Positions 45,479 to 54,597 of a DNA stretch of 64,000 nt are shown piece by piece. The notes under the pieces are model-generated. The model saw only the letters and a list, made by a program, of their open reading frames with translations, had not been told where the DNA came from and searched no databases. The position numbers and the translations under genes were made by a program. The stretch covers positions 7,343-71,342 of the forward strand of contig JBBQUV010000002.1 in the NCBI GenBank assembly GCA_038212075.1, in the 5' to 3' direction. This DNA is from Minisyncoccia bacterium (GTDB taxonomy: Bacteria; Patescibacteriota; Minisyncoccia; Phycocordibacterales; Phycocordibacteraceae). Each line of letters opens with the position of its first letter. Within the stretch, counting starts at the first letter, position 1.

Positions 45479-47188
45479 CTAGCGAACGGAAATGAGACGC
45501 AGACGCGGTCGGTTTTTTCGTGAAAATTGATCACGTTCAATATTCGCCAACACACTTACCTTCCTTCCCTTTTCAAAGAGGTGCAATTTTTTTCCAAGCT
45601 CGCGTTTTGCATAAAACGAAATTGCCTCAATATCACTGAATTCACCAGCAATTAACAATTTCAAATGTTCATTTGTTTTTCCAAACCACGAAACATCAGC
45701 GAGCGTAACATCACGAAATAAAAACACCGGTTTAGGGTTTCCTTCACCATACGGCGCAAGCCGCTCAACGCGTGAAAGTAAGGTGAATGTTGCTTCGTCC
45801 GGAGTAATCGCGATGTCGGCGCGAGCAAGTTCATCTTCAGTTGCTTTCGGAAGGCTCGCCAAACCTTTTACTAAGTGTTCTTCAAGAAAAAACACCGTAT
45901 CGTCTTTCACACTGAATCCGCCGGAGTAGGCGTGTCCGCCAAATTCTGCGAACGCCTCTTTTGCGGCAGTCATTAGTTTCACCAAATGTATGTTTCCATA
46001 GGAACGACACGAACCTTTCAGTGTTTGATTTGCTTCGCGTCCCCATAAAAATACTGGTCGTTCGTATTCTTCAGAAATACCACTAGCAACAAGCCCAAGG
46101 AGTGCTGGCTTCCACTCAGGGTCGCCAAGCGCGATGACTGAAGGTAGTTCGCCTTTTTCTTTTCGTTCGGCAAGTTTTTCATGCACGCCACGCGTAATCG
46201 CGGCCGCCGCAGAGCGGCGGCCGCGATTTGCCGCCTCAAGTTTTTTCGCGAGCGTTTCTGCGAGAACTTCGTCGTCTGTTGTAAAAAGTGTAAACGCATC
46301 GCGGGGATCGCCCATACGGCTTGCCGCATTCACCCGTGGCGCGAGCATAAATCCAACATCGTCTTCCGCGATGGTGCGCTGATTGGTACGCATTACTTTG
46401 CATAGTTTTTGTAGACCAATGCGCGGTGATTTTCGTAATACCAAAAGGCCATATTTTGCGAGCACGCGATTTTCTCCGGTAAGGGACACCATATCGGCGA
46501 TGGTCGCGAGCCCCACCATATCAAGAAGCCACTTTTCCCACCCGACAGGAACTTTTTCACGAAGTGTCGGTTCTACAGCGAGTGTCGCGCACACGAGTTT
46601 CCATGCCATAGCCGCGCCGCACAATTCGCGAAACGGATACGTCTCTCCCTCTTGCTTGTGATCTACCACAATAGCGTTTGGAAGTTCTGCCTGCGGCAAA
46701 TGGTGATCGGTGACAATCACATCCATCCCGAGTTCGCGTGCCCGTGCAATCGCTTCGTTGTCGGTGATGCCGGAGTCCACCGTAATAACGAGTGTTGCTC
46801 CGTTCTTCGCAAGTTTTTCAATGCCCATTTCGTTCACGCCATACCCTTCTTCATGGCGGTGTGGAATATAATTTTCAAAATTCGCTTCGGCTTTTTTCAA
46901 AAAATCGTGAAGCACCACTCCACCGGGGATGCCGTCGCAATCGTAGTCGCTCCATACCGCAATGTGCTCGTTTGTGGTGATCGCTCGTGCAAGCCGTGCG
47001 GCCGCTTCCGGCATATTTTTTAGCAACAACGGATCGTGGATATGTTCGTCATAGGACGGACTTAAAAACACCAACGCTTCTTCTTTAGTAGTAACACCAC
47101 GCCGAGCAAGAAGCGCCGCAATAAAGTCATCATATTCAGAAAGTTCAGTCCGGAGCGTGTCCGGAAGCGTGTCGTGGAGGTCGAACAT
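45479..47188 (-). CDS. recJ: Single-stranded-DNA-specific exonuclease RecJ.
   Basis: DHH motifs (SDYDCDGI, VTDHH) and a DHHA1 domain. 569 aa. Confidence 0.85.
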   Translation of the reverse strand: MFDLHDTLPDTLRTELSEYDDFIAALLARRGVTTKEEALVFLSPSYDEHIHDPLLLKNMPEAAARLARAITTNEHIAVWSDYDCDGIPGGVVLHDFLKKAEANFENYIPHRHEEGYGVNEMGIEKLAKNGATLVITVDSGITDNEAIARARELGMDVIVTDHHLPQAELPNAIVVDHKQEGETYPFRELCGAAMAWKLVCATLAVEPTLREKVPVGWEKWLLDMVGLATIADMVSLTGENRVLAKYGLLVLRKSPRIGLQKLCKVMRTNQRTIAEDDVGFMLAPRVNAASRMGDPRDAFTLFTTDDEVLAETLAKKLEAANRGRRSAAAAITRGVHEKLAERKEKGELPSVIALGDPEWKPALLGLVASGISEEYERPVFLWGREANQTLKGSCRSYGNIHLVKLMTAAKEAFAEFGGHAYSGGFSVKDDTVFFLEEHLVKGLASLPKATEDELARADIAITPDEATFTLLSRVERLAPYGEGNPKPVFLFRDVTLADVSWFGKTNEHLKLLIAGEFSDIEAISFYAKRELGKKLHLFEKGRKVSVLANIERDQFSRKNRPRLRLISVR

Positions 47189-47231
47189 TGGGTGATTGTA
47201 TCAAACAACCTCCCTGCGGTATGCTTTCTCC

Positions 47232-47639
47232 ATGGAAGAGACTATATTTGCGAAAATTATTAAACGAGAAATACCTGCGGAAATTATCTACGAAGATGCT
47301 GAAACGCTCGCATTTCTTGATATTGCACCCGTGGCGGAAGGTCATACGCTCGTTATTCCTAAAAACCCTGCACGCAACGTTTTTGATATAGAGCCGGAAT
47401 CATTTGCGGCCATGGCAAAAACGGCAAAGAAAGTTGCTATCGCACTGAAGACAGCACTCGGTGCAGATGGAGTGAGTATTGCCATGAACAACGAACCCGC
47501 AAGCGGGCAAGTAGTTTTTCACGCACACTTCCACATTATTCCTCGTTTTGATAACGACAAACTGGTGCAGTGGCCACAGCGACCATATCCAACAGGCGAA
47601 GCGAGTGTTGTAGCTGAAAAGATACGCGCCGCGTTTTAA
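47232..47639 (+). CDS. HIT-family nucleotide hydrolase.
   Basis: Histidine triad HAHFHIIPR. The likely start is MEETIFAKII. Confidence 0.8.
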   Translation: MEETIFAKIIKREIPAEIIYEDAETLAFLDIAPVAEGHTLVIPKNPARNVFDIEPESFAAMAKTAKKVAIALKTALGADGVSIAMNNEPASGQVVFHAHFHIIPRFDNDKLVQWPQRPYPTGEASVVAEKIRAAF

Positions 47640-47688
47640 CTATGGCGACTCCTGTCGGTTAAACACTCGATCCAGTGGAACAGTATAG

Positions 47689-48840
47689 CTACCCGAGTGC
47701 CGCGATTCCGGGAAGCGTACCTTCTGCAAGAAAATCAAGCATGGCGCCACCACCGGTTGAAATAAAGGAAAAGCGATCATTTAACTGAAGTTTTTCTATT
47801 GCCGCCACTGTGTCACCGCCACCCACAATGGAGTAAGCGTTACTTCTTGCGATATGTGCGGCGAGCGCCTCAGTCGCATCTACAAAACCATGCTCGTACT
47901 GCCCCAAGGGACCGTTCCAAAGTATGGCATTTGCGCCTGCAATGTCGTTAGCCAGCATTGCGACTGTTTGGGGGCCTTCGTCCAGAATTGCTTCCCCATC
48001 TTGTACGTCGTCGACAGTGGCAACGCGTCCAGCGTCATGACTGCTTCCGGGTGGCGCAATAACATAATCGCTTGGTAGTACCAGCCGTGGATTTTTCAAA
48101 AGTTCTGCAAGACGTGCCGGATCGCCATGAGAGGTAAGCGATGAACCAACAGAATGCCCCTTTGCTTGCATAAAGTCATTTGCGAGTGCCCCACCCACAA
48201 ACACACGGTCGTACAATGCAAGTAATCGCGTCACCACGGGTTCTTTTGTAGAAAATTTTGCGCCGCAAATAAGAGCAAGTGAAGGCTTTTTTGGCGTGAG
48301 TGCTTTGGTGAGTTCACGTACTTCTTCTTCAAGTAACAGCCCCGCGTAGGACGGTAGGAGTTTTGGGACGCTCACCATAGAGGCGTGTTCGCGATGACAA
48401 TTATCAAAAGAATCTTGCACAAAGATATCAGCAAGTGCCGCGAGCTCTATCGCAAACGTCTTGTCATTTTTCATCTCACCTGGGTTACGCCGCAGATTTT
48501 CAAGCATCAATACCTCACCCGACGGAATTGCATGTACGGCATTTCGGGCTTCAGAACCCACGGATGTTTCGCAGAACGCAATGCGAGGAATAAATGTTTT
48601 CATTGCTTCCCACATGGGGCGGAGTGTTTCGGTGCCTACGCCGGACGTGTGGCTCTCTCCGGTAATATGACTTATTAACACAACGCGTGCGCTTTTTTTC
48701 CGAAGATACTCAATCGTCGCGAGTGATTTACGCAACCGAAATGTATCGGTCACTTTCCCGTTTTCAACCGGCACATTCAGTGATACGCGCGCAAGCACCG
48801 TAACGTTCTCAAGCGTCGGTATGTCGCGTACTGTTTTCAT
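47689..48840 (-). CDS. pgk: Phosphoglycerate kinase.
   Basis: 383 aa. The N-terminal substrate-binding region and C-terminal GGGA/GGGD motifs are characteristic of PGK. Confidence 0.85.
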   Translation of the reverse strand: MKTVRDIPTLENVTVLARVSLNVPVENGKVTDTFRLRKSLATIEYLRKKSARVVLISHITGESHTSGVGTETLRPMWEAMKTFIPRIAFCETSVGSEARNAVHAIPSGEVLMLENLRRNPGEMKNDKTFAIELAALADIFVQDSFDNCHREHASMVSVPKLLPSYAGLLLEEEVRELTKALTPKKPSLALICGAKFSTKEPVVTRLLALYDRVFVGGALANDFMQAKGHSVGSSLTSHGDPARLAELLKNPRLVLPSDYVIAPPGSSHDAGRVATVDDVQDGEAILDEGPQTVAMLANDIAGANAILWNGPLGQYEHGFVDATEALAAHIARSNAYSIVGGGDTVAAIEKLQLNDRFSFISTGGGAMLDFLAEGTLPGIAALG

Positions 48841-48843
48841 GTT

Positions 48844-49587
48844 CTACGAAACTGTTTTAACGAGTGCAGAGTACATCGCCGGGTCAACCGAGGCATGGCC
48901 AACTAAAAACCCGTCCACACCGCTTCCTGCCGCAAGCTCGCGTGCATTTTCTGGTTCTGCTGAACCGCCATAGAGCACGCGTATTTTTGCGGGTGCTTTC
49001 CCCGGCAAATACTCACCGAGTACTTTGCGAATGTACAAAATCATTTCAGCAAGTTCGTGGGCAGGAAGTGCATCCGCGGCGCTCTTCCCTATCGCCCATA
49101 TTGGTTCGTATGCAATTACCACCGCCATGCGTTCTTTCTGTGAGAGTGGCGCAAACGCACTTGCAATTTGTGCACGTACAAATGAAAGATATTCCGCGTT
49201 AGTGTCACGGGTATGTTCACCAACACACAAAATAGGCGCAAGGCCGTGCGCGAGCGCGTGGCGCATTTTTTCCGCAATTACTGCATCCGATTCCCCCATC
49301 GCTCGACGTTCAGAGTGCCCGATAATCACATAGGAAATTTCAAGCGCGGCGAGCGTCTGCGCAGTCATTTCTCCTGTTTTTGCACCGCCGGTCGTTGCCG
49401 ATACGTCTTGTGCGGCAAACTGTACTCGCGATTTGTTTTTTGCGGCTAGAAGTGCAAGATACGGTGCGGCAGGAGCGAGCACGAGTTCGTGTTTTTTTTC
49501 TTTGGAAAGACGTTTTGCAAGCGCAACAAGCTTTTTCGCTTTCGCACTATCCTCAACATACGCTTTCCAATTGGAAACAATGAGCAT
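48844..49587 (-). CDS. tpiA: Triosephosphate isomerase.
   Basis: SNWK near the N-terminus, AYEPIWAIG (catalytic Glu loop), and GGS in the phosphate-binding region. 247 aa. Confidence 0.85.
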   Translation of the reverse strand: MLIVSNWKAYVEDSAKAKKLVALAKRLSKEKKHELVLAPAAPYLALLAAKNKSRVQFAAQDVSATTGGAKTGEMTAQTLAALEISYVIIGHSERRAMGESDAVIAEKMRHALAHGLAPILCVGEHTRDTNAEYLSFVRAQIASAFAPLSQKERMAVVIAYEPIWAIGKSAADALPAHELAEMILYIRKVLGEYLPGKAPAKIRVLYGGSAEPENARELAAGSGVDGFLVGHASVDPAMYSALVKTVS

Positions 49588-49612
49588 GTCCCTATTTTAC
49601 CACCCATAAGTA

Positions 49613-51022
49613 CTATTTTTGGTGCCAGTCCATAAGCTCGTAATCGCTTGCAACAGCAGGAGTAAAAGCAGGCGGATTGCTTGCCATGTTGCGATCAAAG
49701 GAATCTATACGGGTTTGGTATCCCCCATCACTTCCCCCACACCCGTTTATCCATCTGGTACCAGTGCGTTTATTTGAAACGGTTGTGCCAAGAATAGTGA
49801 GCGTTCCTCGCGGTTCGTAGGTTCCAGGACAAGAATAGAGGTTTCGACCAAAAGCACCGCTTTGCGCGATGAAAATACCGTCCAAGGTCGTATTATTTGG
49901 GGCGTTCGGTCCGACAAGTACATCATCTTGTGTGATAAGTGTAAGGCCGGCAGTACCGTCATACGCACTGTAAACAATGTTGTTTGGGATAATAGTGTCC
50001 GCGGAACCGCTTGCGCTGGTTACGTCCGCAACTACAACAGTTATTTTTTTGGTGATAGTGCCTTCAATCCACGCACGGTTTTGAACGAAAATAAGACCGC
50101 AATTAGATGGAAGCGCATACGTTCCCACTAAGGACTCGGTCTTGATTATAGAATTATCGGTTCCACCTCCCGCAGTTCCGTCTACAAAGGCAACCACCGT
50201 CGGTGCAGTAATTTTTGTAACGTGCTTTACCGTCACCGTACCGTCTGCGTTGAAGATGAGATGGTATCCGCCTTGCGTGTTTGAGGGGTTTCCATCGCCC
50301 CAATACTTTCCGCTTGCTTGGGCAGTTGTCTTTAGATTCGTAAAGTCTGCAGATATCGCACTAAAGTCTACTTGCGGTGTCGGGAAATCCCATAGGTTGG
50401 CGTTACTCCCTGTGCCAAACACGCCGTTTTTTGTCGCTGTCGGGGAACAGCCGAATGACGATGTGCATGACCACGTTGCAAGCGAGCTTGAAACCGGTGA
50501 ATTAGCAGTGCCGTCCATACGCACTCCGCCGTTTGAATGATACGGTCCTTGAATTACACGATCTGCGCCTGCCCAGACGCTGTCATTTAATATATAGGAA
50601 TAGGTTCCGACCGAAGGGCGTGCATAGCGTGCGTAAACTGTTTTTGATGCGAGTGAGTTATCTGACGGCGTGCCCACTGACGTAATGTCTATGGACGTGG
50701 TTTGACCACATGAAGTATTGCCGGCCACCGTAAGCGAAATGGTTCCGGCGGTGCCACCCTCTGGATCGGCATAAGGAAGTGAATAGGGTCCCGCGTGCCC
50801 AGTACCGTTTGTGGTATCGCCCGGATAGTGTCCGAGAAACCACTTGTAGTACTCAATACCTGCCTCAGCGATGGTAAAGCCTTCACTTTGTGCATATTTC
50901 ACTGCCTGCAGACGATTCTGAATCAGTACATAGCTACAGAGTGCGCCGATAAGGCCAACAAAGATGGCACCAAACACAAGAGCGAGCAACATAATAAATC
51001 CTTTGCGGGGGTGACGCTTCAT
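49613..51022 (-). CDS. Large pilin-like or pseudopilin-like protein with a prepilin-type hydrophobic N-terminus but no Glu at +5.
   Basis: The likely start is MKRHPRKGFIMLLALVFGAIFVGL (a KGF cleavage-like site). About 470 aa. It is Thr/Ser/Gly-rich and probably beta-rich. Confidence 0.45.
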   Translation of the reverse strand: MKRHPRKGFIMLLALVFGAIFVGLIGALCSYVLIQNRLQAVKYAQSEGFTIAEAGIEYYKWFLGHYPGDTTNGTGHAGPYSLPYADPEGGTAGTISLTVAGNTSCGQTTSIDITSVGTPSDNSLASKTVYARYARPSVGTYSYILNDSVWAGADRVIQGPYHSNGGVRMDGTANSPVSSSLATWSCTSSFGCSPTATKNGVFGTGSNANLWDFPTPQVDFSAISADFTNLKTTAQASGKYWGDGNPSNTQGGYHLIFNADGTVTVKHVTKITAPTVVAFVDGTAGGGTDNSIIKTESLVGTYALPSNCGLIFVQNRAWIEGTITKKITVVVADVTSASGSADTIIPNNIVYSAYDGTAGLTLITQDDVLVGPNAPNNTTLDGIFIAQSGAFGRNLYSCPGTYEPRGTLTILGTTVSNKRTGTRWINGCGGSDGGYQTRIDSFDRNMASNPPAFTPAVASDYELMDWHQK

Positions 51023-51023
51023 A

Positions 51024-51629
51024 CTAGTTGGTGCGCAGATTGCGGAGTGTTGCGGTGCCAATAAGGGTGAACGTGAGAGGTGCACGACGAGTGTCTACGT
51101 CTACACCAATCACCACAGACACGGACGCTATTTTGCTTATGTCTACAGGGACTGGCAATTCTGTCCCGGTGTTGTCGTAGTAATGGAAGAGTGGTGTTGA
51201 AGTGCCGTTTTGCACATACGATGCAATTGTAGTGAGTACTTCGGTTTGCCCGCCGTAGCTTGGTGGGTTGCCTCCCGGGTTTGTGACACCGCGTGTCAGG
51301 GTTGTTGAGGCAAGATAGTAATGAATTTGTTCCACTACTCCGTCATTGTCGACATCAGCATAAAACGTAATAGTGGACGTTGCGGCAGTATGTATAGGAT
51401 ACGAGCCGTCGGCGCCATACGTTGATTCGCGCAAGTTTTCAAGCGCAAATTCAACACCGCGTCGCGCGTTGTCGGTCGCAGTGGATTGTTGGAAGATAAA
51501 CGTGTTTGATTTGTACACAAACGTAATCATACTGGTGAGTGCAATGCTCACAACAGCAACAAGAGAGATGACAACCATCATCTCAACGAGCGTCATGCCT
51601 TTTTTGGATTTAGTTGAGTACTGTTGCAT
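51024..51629 (-). CDS. Type IV pilin or pseudopilin (class III signal peptide).
   Basis: SKKG|MTLVEMMVVISLVAVV has Glu at +5 after the Gly cleavage site. The likely start is MQQYSTKSKKG at about 51629. Confidence 0.7.
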   Translation of the reverse strand: MQQYSTKSKKGMTLVEMMVVISLVAVVSIALTSMITFVYKSNTFIFQQSTATDNARRGVEFALENLRESTYGADGSYPIHTAATSTITFYADVDNDGVVEQIHYYLASTTLTRGVTNPGGNPPSYGGQTEVLTTIASYVQNGTSTPLFHYYDNTGTELPVPVDISKIASVSVVIGVDVDTRRAPLTFTLIGTATLRNLRTN

Positions 51630-53310
51630 AGGTAGTGAATCCGGACACTGATACACCACTATACGAAGCGGTGAGTGCTCCAGATGTGGCAGAAATGGTA
51701 TATGCCGCACTTGCGGTGAGACTTCCGAAATACGCATTTCCACAACTCGTTGTTGTTACGGTTTGTGAAAATCCGGTACGAGACAGGGTGACCGAAGCTC
51801 CTGCAAGTGGTTGACCCGCGGCATTTTTTGCGGAAACGAGTAATGCGTTCGTGCTTGAAGGCCCTAGAATAAGCCGGTTGTCGTTACTCGAGCCGGCAAG
51901 GATGTTGTACGGCGCCGTTCCGCACGCATCGGTAATATCGTATCCGGAAACAGACACCGCATAACTATCCCACTCAAGCGTTTGTGTTGTTGACGCCGCC
52001 GCACCCGTTGTGGAATTAACGGTGGTTTTATAGATAGGGGCGCCCGCACCGGTAGAACCGATAGTTTTCGCGCCTTGGAGAGTGAACGAAACATTCGCAA
52101 GGGGGAGAGGGCCATGGGTATAAGCAATCCCCCAGTCGAGCACCGAGGGTGCTGATACCGCCGCCGCGGTTACTTCCGCCTTAAGAGCAAGCGCCGGATA
52201 GGTTGACGTAGAAATTCCTGAAAGATCTACAGGGAATGAGCTAAAGCCAGTACTGTTACCAGAAAGTGCAGAATCAGGAATGAGTGTTCCATTCCCGTCA
52301 GTAATATGAACCACGGCACTTGTGCCGGCAGGTGTTGATAGTGTTGAAGACGCATTCACCCACGTCGCAATATAAGAAGGTGCAACCGCAGTGGAGCGCC
52401 CGCTCCCAGGAGAAAGAAAACCACCAGCCCCATCTGAAGTATTGGTCAGCGCACCGCCCGACACGTTCGTATTAATTAGCGCAGTAGTGTTTGATGCGTC
52501 GGTGAAGGTATCCGTAAATGCATTGGACGCAATAGGAGAAAACGTGCGAAGGATAAGTGTGGCGAGCGCGTCTATGGCAAAGGTAGATGACGTGGTTACA
52601 TTTTGTACCACCGTGAGGTGTCCGGGGCTTGGATTTTGGTTGTTTGAATCGCGGTCGTAGGTTTGTGCAGTGGAATATCCGGACTTAGTCACACTTACGT
52701 GGTAATTCGTCGATGTCGCCGCTCCCGGTAAATACACCGTTCCTAAAGCATCTGAAAAAGTCGTGAGGTTTACACTCGGTGTTGTACTTGGATTGGTGAA
52801 CGTAACTGATGCACCTGCTACCGCCGCACCAACTGCGTTCACAATAATCGCCTTGAGTGTTCCCCCACCAGTAGTGGTTTCAATAGAAGGGGGCGTAATG
52901 TTTGAAATGATAGAAAACTGATGCGTCATGTTGTGCGCCGTAAACCCCACACTCACCTTTGCCCGTTTGTAGTCGGTGGTAATGCCGTTTGAGTCTGCTC
53001 CCCCTGTTCCGTCTGCGGGGTCGTCGTAGTAATCAATAAAAGTACGCATGGTGTAATTTATGGAGTCTTCAGTTGTCGTTGCGTTTTGTACGATGGTGCC
53101 GGCAGGAATACCACCCAGCGTACCGACTGAGTCATAGGGAAGCGAACGAATATACTCCATCTGGCTATTTGCTATTGCGGTTGCCGCCGCCGTTTCGGTG
53201 GCGAGAGTAGAAATTTGTTCCGAAGCACGCAGGAGTCCAAAAATGGCGGTAAATATCGTGGCGGCAATAGCTGAACCGACGAGTACGTCGATGAGAGTCA
53301 TACCGCGCAT
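51610..53310 (-). CDS. Large minor-pilin-like protein (prepilin N-terminus plus a Thr/Ser-rich domain of about 530 aa).
   Basis: MRG|MTLIDVLVGSAIAATIF has Asp at +5. The likely start is near 53310. Thr/Ser/Ala-rich and probably beta-rich. Confidence 0.55.
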   Translation of the reverse strand: MRGMTLIDVLVGSAIAATIFTAIFGLLRASEQISTLATETAAATAIANSQMEYIRSLPYDSVGTLGGIPAGTIVQNATTTEDSINYTMRTFIDYYDDPADGTGGADSNGITTDYKRAKVSVGFTAHNMTHQFSIISNITPPSIETTTGGGTLKAIIVNAVGAAVAGASVTFTNPSTTPSVNLTTFSDALGTVYLPGAATSTNYHVSVTKSGYSTAQTYDRDSNNQNPSPGHLTVVQNVTTSSTFAIDALATLILRTFSPIASNAFTDTFTDASNTTALINTNVSGGALTNTSDGAGGFLSPGSGRSTAVAPSYIATWVNASSTLSTPAGTSAVVHITDGNGTLIPDSALSGNSTGFSSFPVDLSGISTSTYPALALKAEVTAAAVSAPSVLDWGIAYTHGPLPLANVSFTLQGAKTIGSTGAGAPIYKTTVNSTTGAAASTTQTLEWDSYAVSVSGYDITDACGTAPYNILAGSSNDNRLILGPSSTNALLVSAKNAAGQPLAGASVTLSRTGFSQTVTTTSCGNAYFGSLTASAAYTISATSGALTASYSGVSVSGFTTYATVLN

Positions 53311-53380
53311 CGTCGGCGCCGGAAGGTGCATACCAAAATAATAACGCACGTGCGCCAAGAATGTATCGCGAGCCGTGCGT

Positions 53381-54595
53381 CTAACCGATTTTACTTGTGA
53401 GTGAATAGATAGGACCAATCATAGAAATCGCAAAGACACCGACAGCAAGACCGATGATGAGCATCAATACCGGTTCAATGATAGTAGAAAGGTCCTTTGT
53501 TCGATCTTCCACATCGTTTTCATAGTATTCCGCAACCTGCCCGAGCATTTCTGCAACCTTTCCTGTTTCTTCACCCACAGCAATCATATCGGAAAACAAA
53601 ATTGGATAGAGTTTTGGCTTCTCGGCAAACGCGGCAGACAAAGGATCACCCTTCCTGACACGATTTTCTGCGTCGGAAATAACGGCTGCAAAGGTGCCGT
53701 TACCCACCACTTCCCCAGCAATGCTGAGCGTAGTGAGCATTTCAACACCCGAAGAAAGAAGCGACGCCATGGTGCGTGCGGCACGCGCGCTATACGTTTC
53801 TTTCATAAGCGCTCCAATGACCGGCAAATGGAGAGCGATCTTCATAAAAATAAGGTTACCGGTGTTGGAACGAACGGCTGAGTAGACGGCACCCACAAAT
53901 GCAAGAAGGCCGATGATAACAATAAGTATGTTATTCACCATAAAGTTCGACATCCCAAGAATGATGCGTGTAGAAAGTGGAAGCTGTACGCCAAGCGCCG
54001 TAAATGTGCTTGCGAGTGTCGGCACTACGTAAATAAGCATTAATATGCCGATGACCACAATGGCAAACAGAATGATTGCGGGATAAATCATGGCACCACG
54101 TACTTTTTTAGTGAGGGCACTTGAGCGTTCCATTTGTTTTGCCACTACCTTGAGTGCGTCAGCAAGTGTTCCGGACTCTTCGCCAGATTTTGTCATTGCG
54201 ATAAACAGCTTTGAAAATACTTTTTTGTGTGCCGCAAGCGCTTCGTGGAAAGATGCTCCGCCTTTAATTTTGTTTCCAAGATCAATAACGATATTTTTCA
54301 ACACTTTGTTTCCTGATTGTCGTTCAGTTACCGAAAGTGCACGAGAGAGGGTGAGGCCCGCTGAAAGCATCGCCGAGAGATTTTTGGTGAACGTAATCAT
54401 CTCGTCGAGTTTTACGCCGGTGCCAATAGTAATGTTGGCGAGCTTTCCAAGAGAAAACGTTGACTGCTCTTCAATTGCCGATACTGTCTCCCCTCCTTTT
54501 TCTGCCTCGGCATATACCGCAAACCGCGATGGTGCATCCACAACACGCTTTTCTTCACTACCGTCTTCTTTTCTGAAGGTAACGCGAAAGTGCAT
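53381..54595 (-). CDS. pilC: Type IV pilus assembly platform protein PilC (GspF family).
   Basis: 404 aa with two GspF repeats and three TM segments. Confidence 0.85.
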   Translation of the reverse strand: MHFRVTFRKEDGSEEKRVVDAPSRFAVYAEAEKGGETVSAIEEQSTFSLGKLANITIGTGVKLDEMITFTKNLSAMLSAGLTLSRALSVTERQSGNKVLKNIVIDLGNKIKGGASFHEALAAHKKVFSKLFIAMTKSGEESGTLADALKVVAKQMERSSALTKKVRGAMIYPAIILFAIVVIGILMLIYVVPTLASTFTALGVQLPLSTRIILGMSNFMVNNILIVIIGLLAFVGAVYSAVRSNTGNLIFMKIALHLPVIGALMKETYSARAARTMASLLSSGVEMLTTLSIAGEVVGNGTFAAVISDAENRVRKGDPLSAAFAEKPKLYPILFSDMIAVGEETGKVAEMLGQVAEYYENDVEDRTKDLSTIIEPVLMLIIGLAVGVFAISMIGPIYSLTSKIG

Positions 54596-54597
54596 AC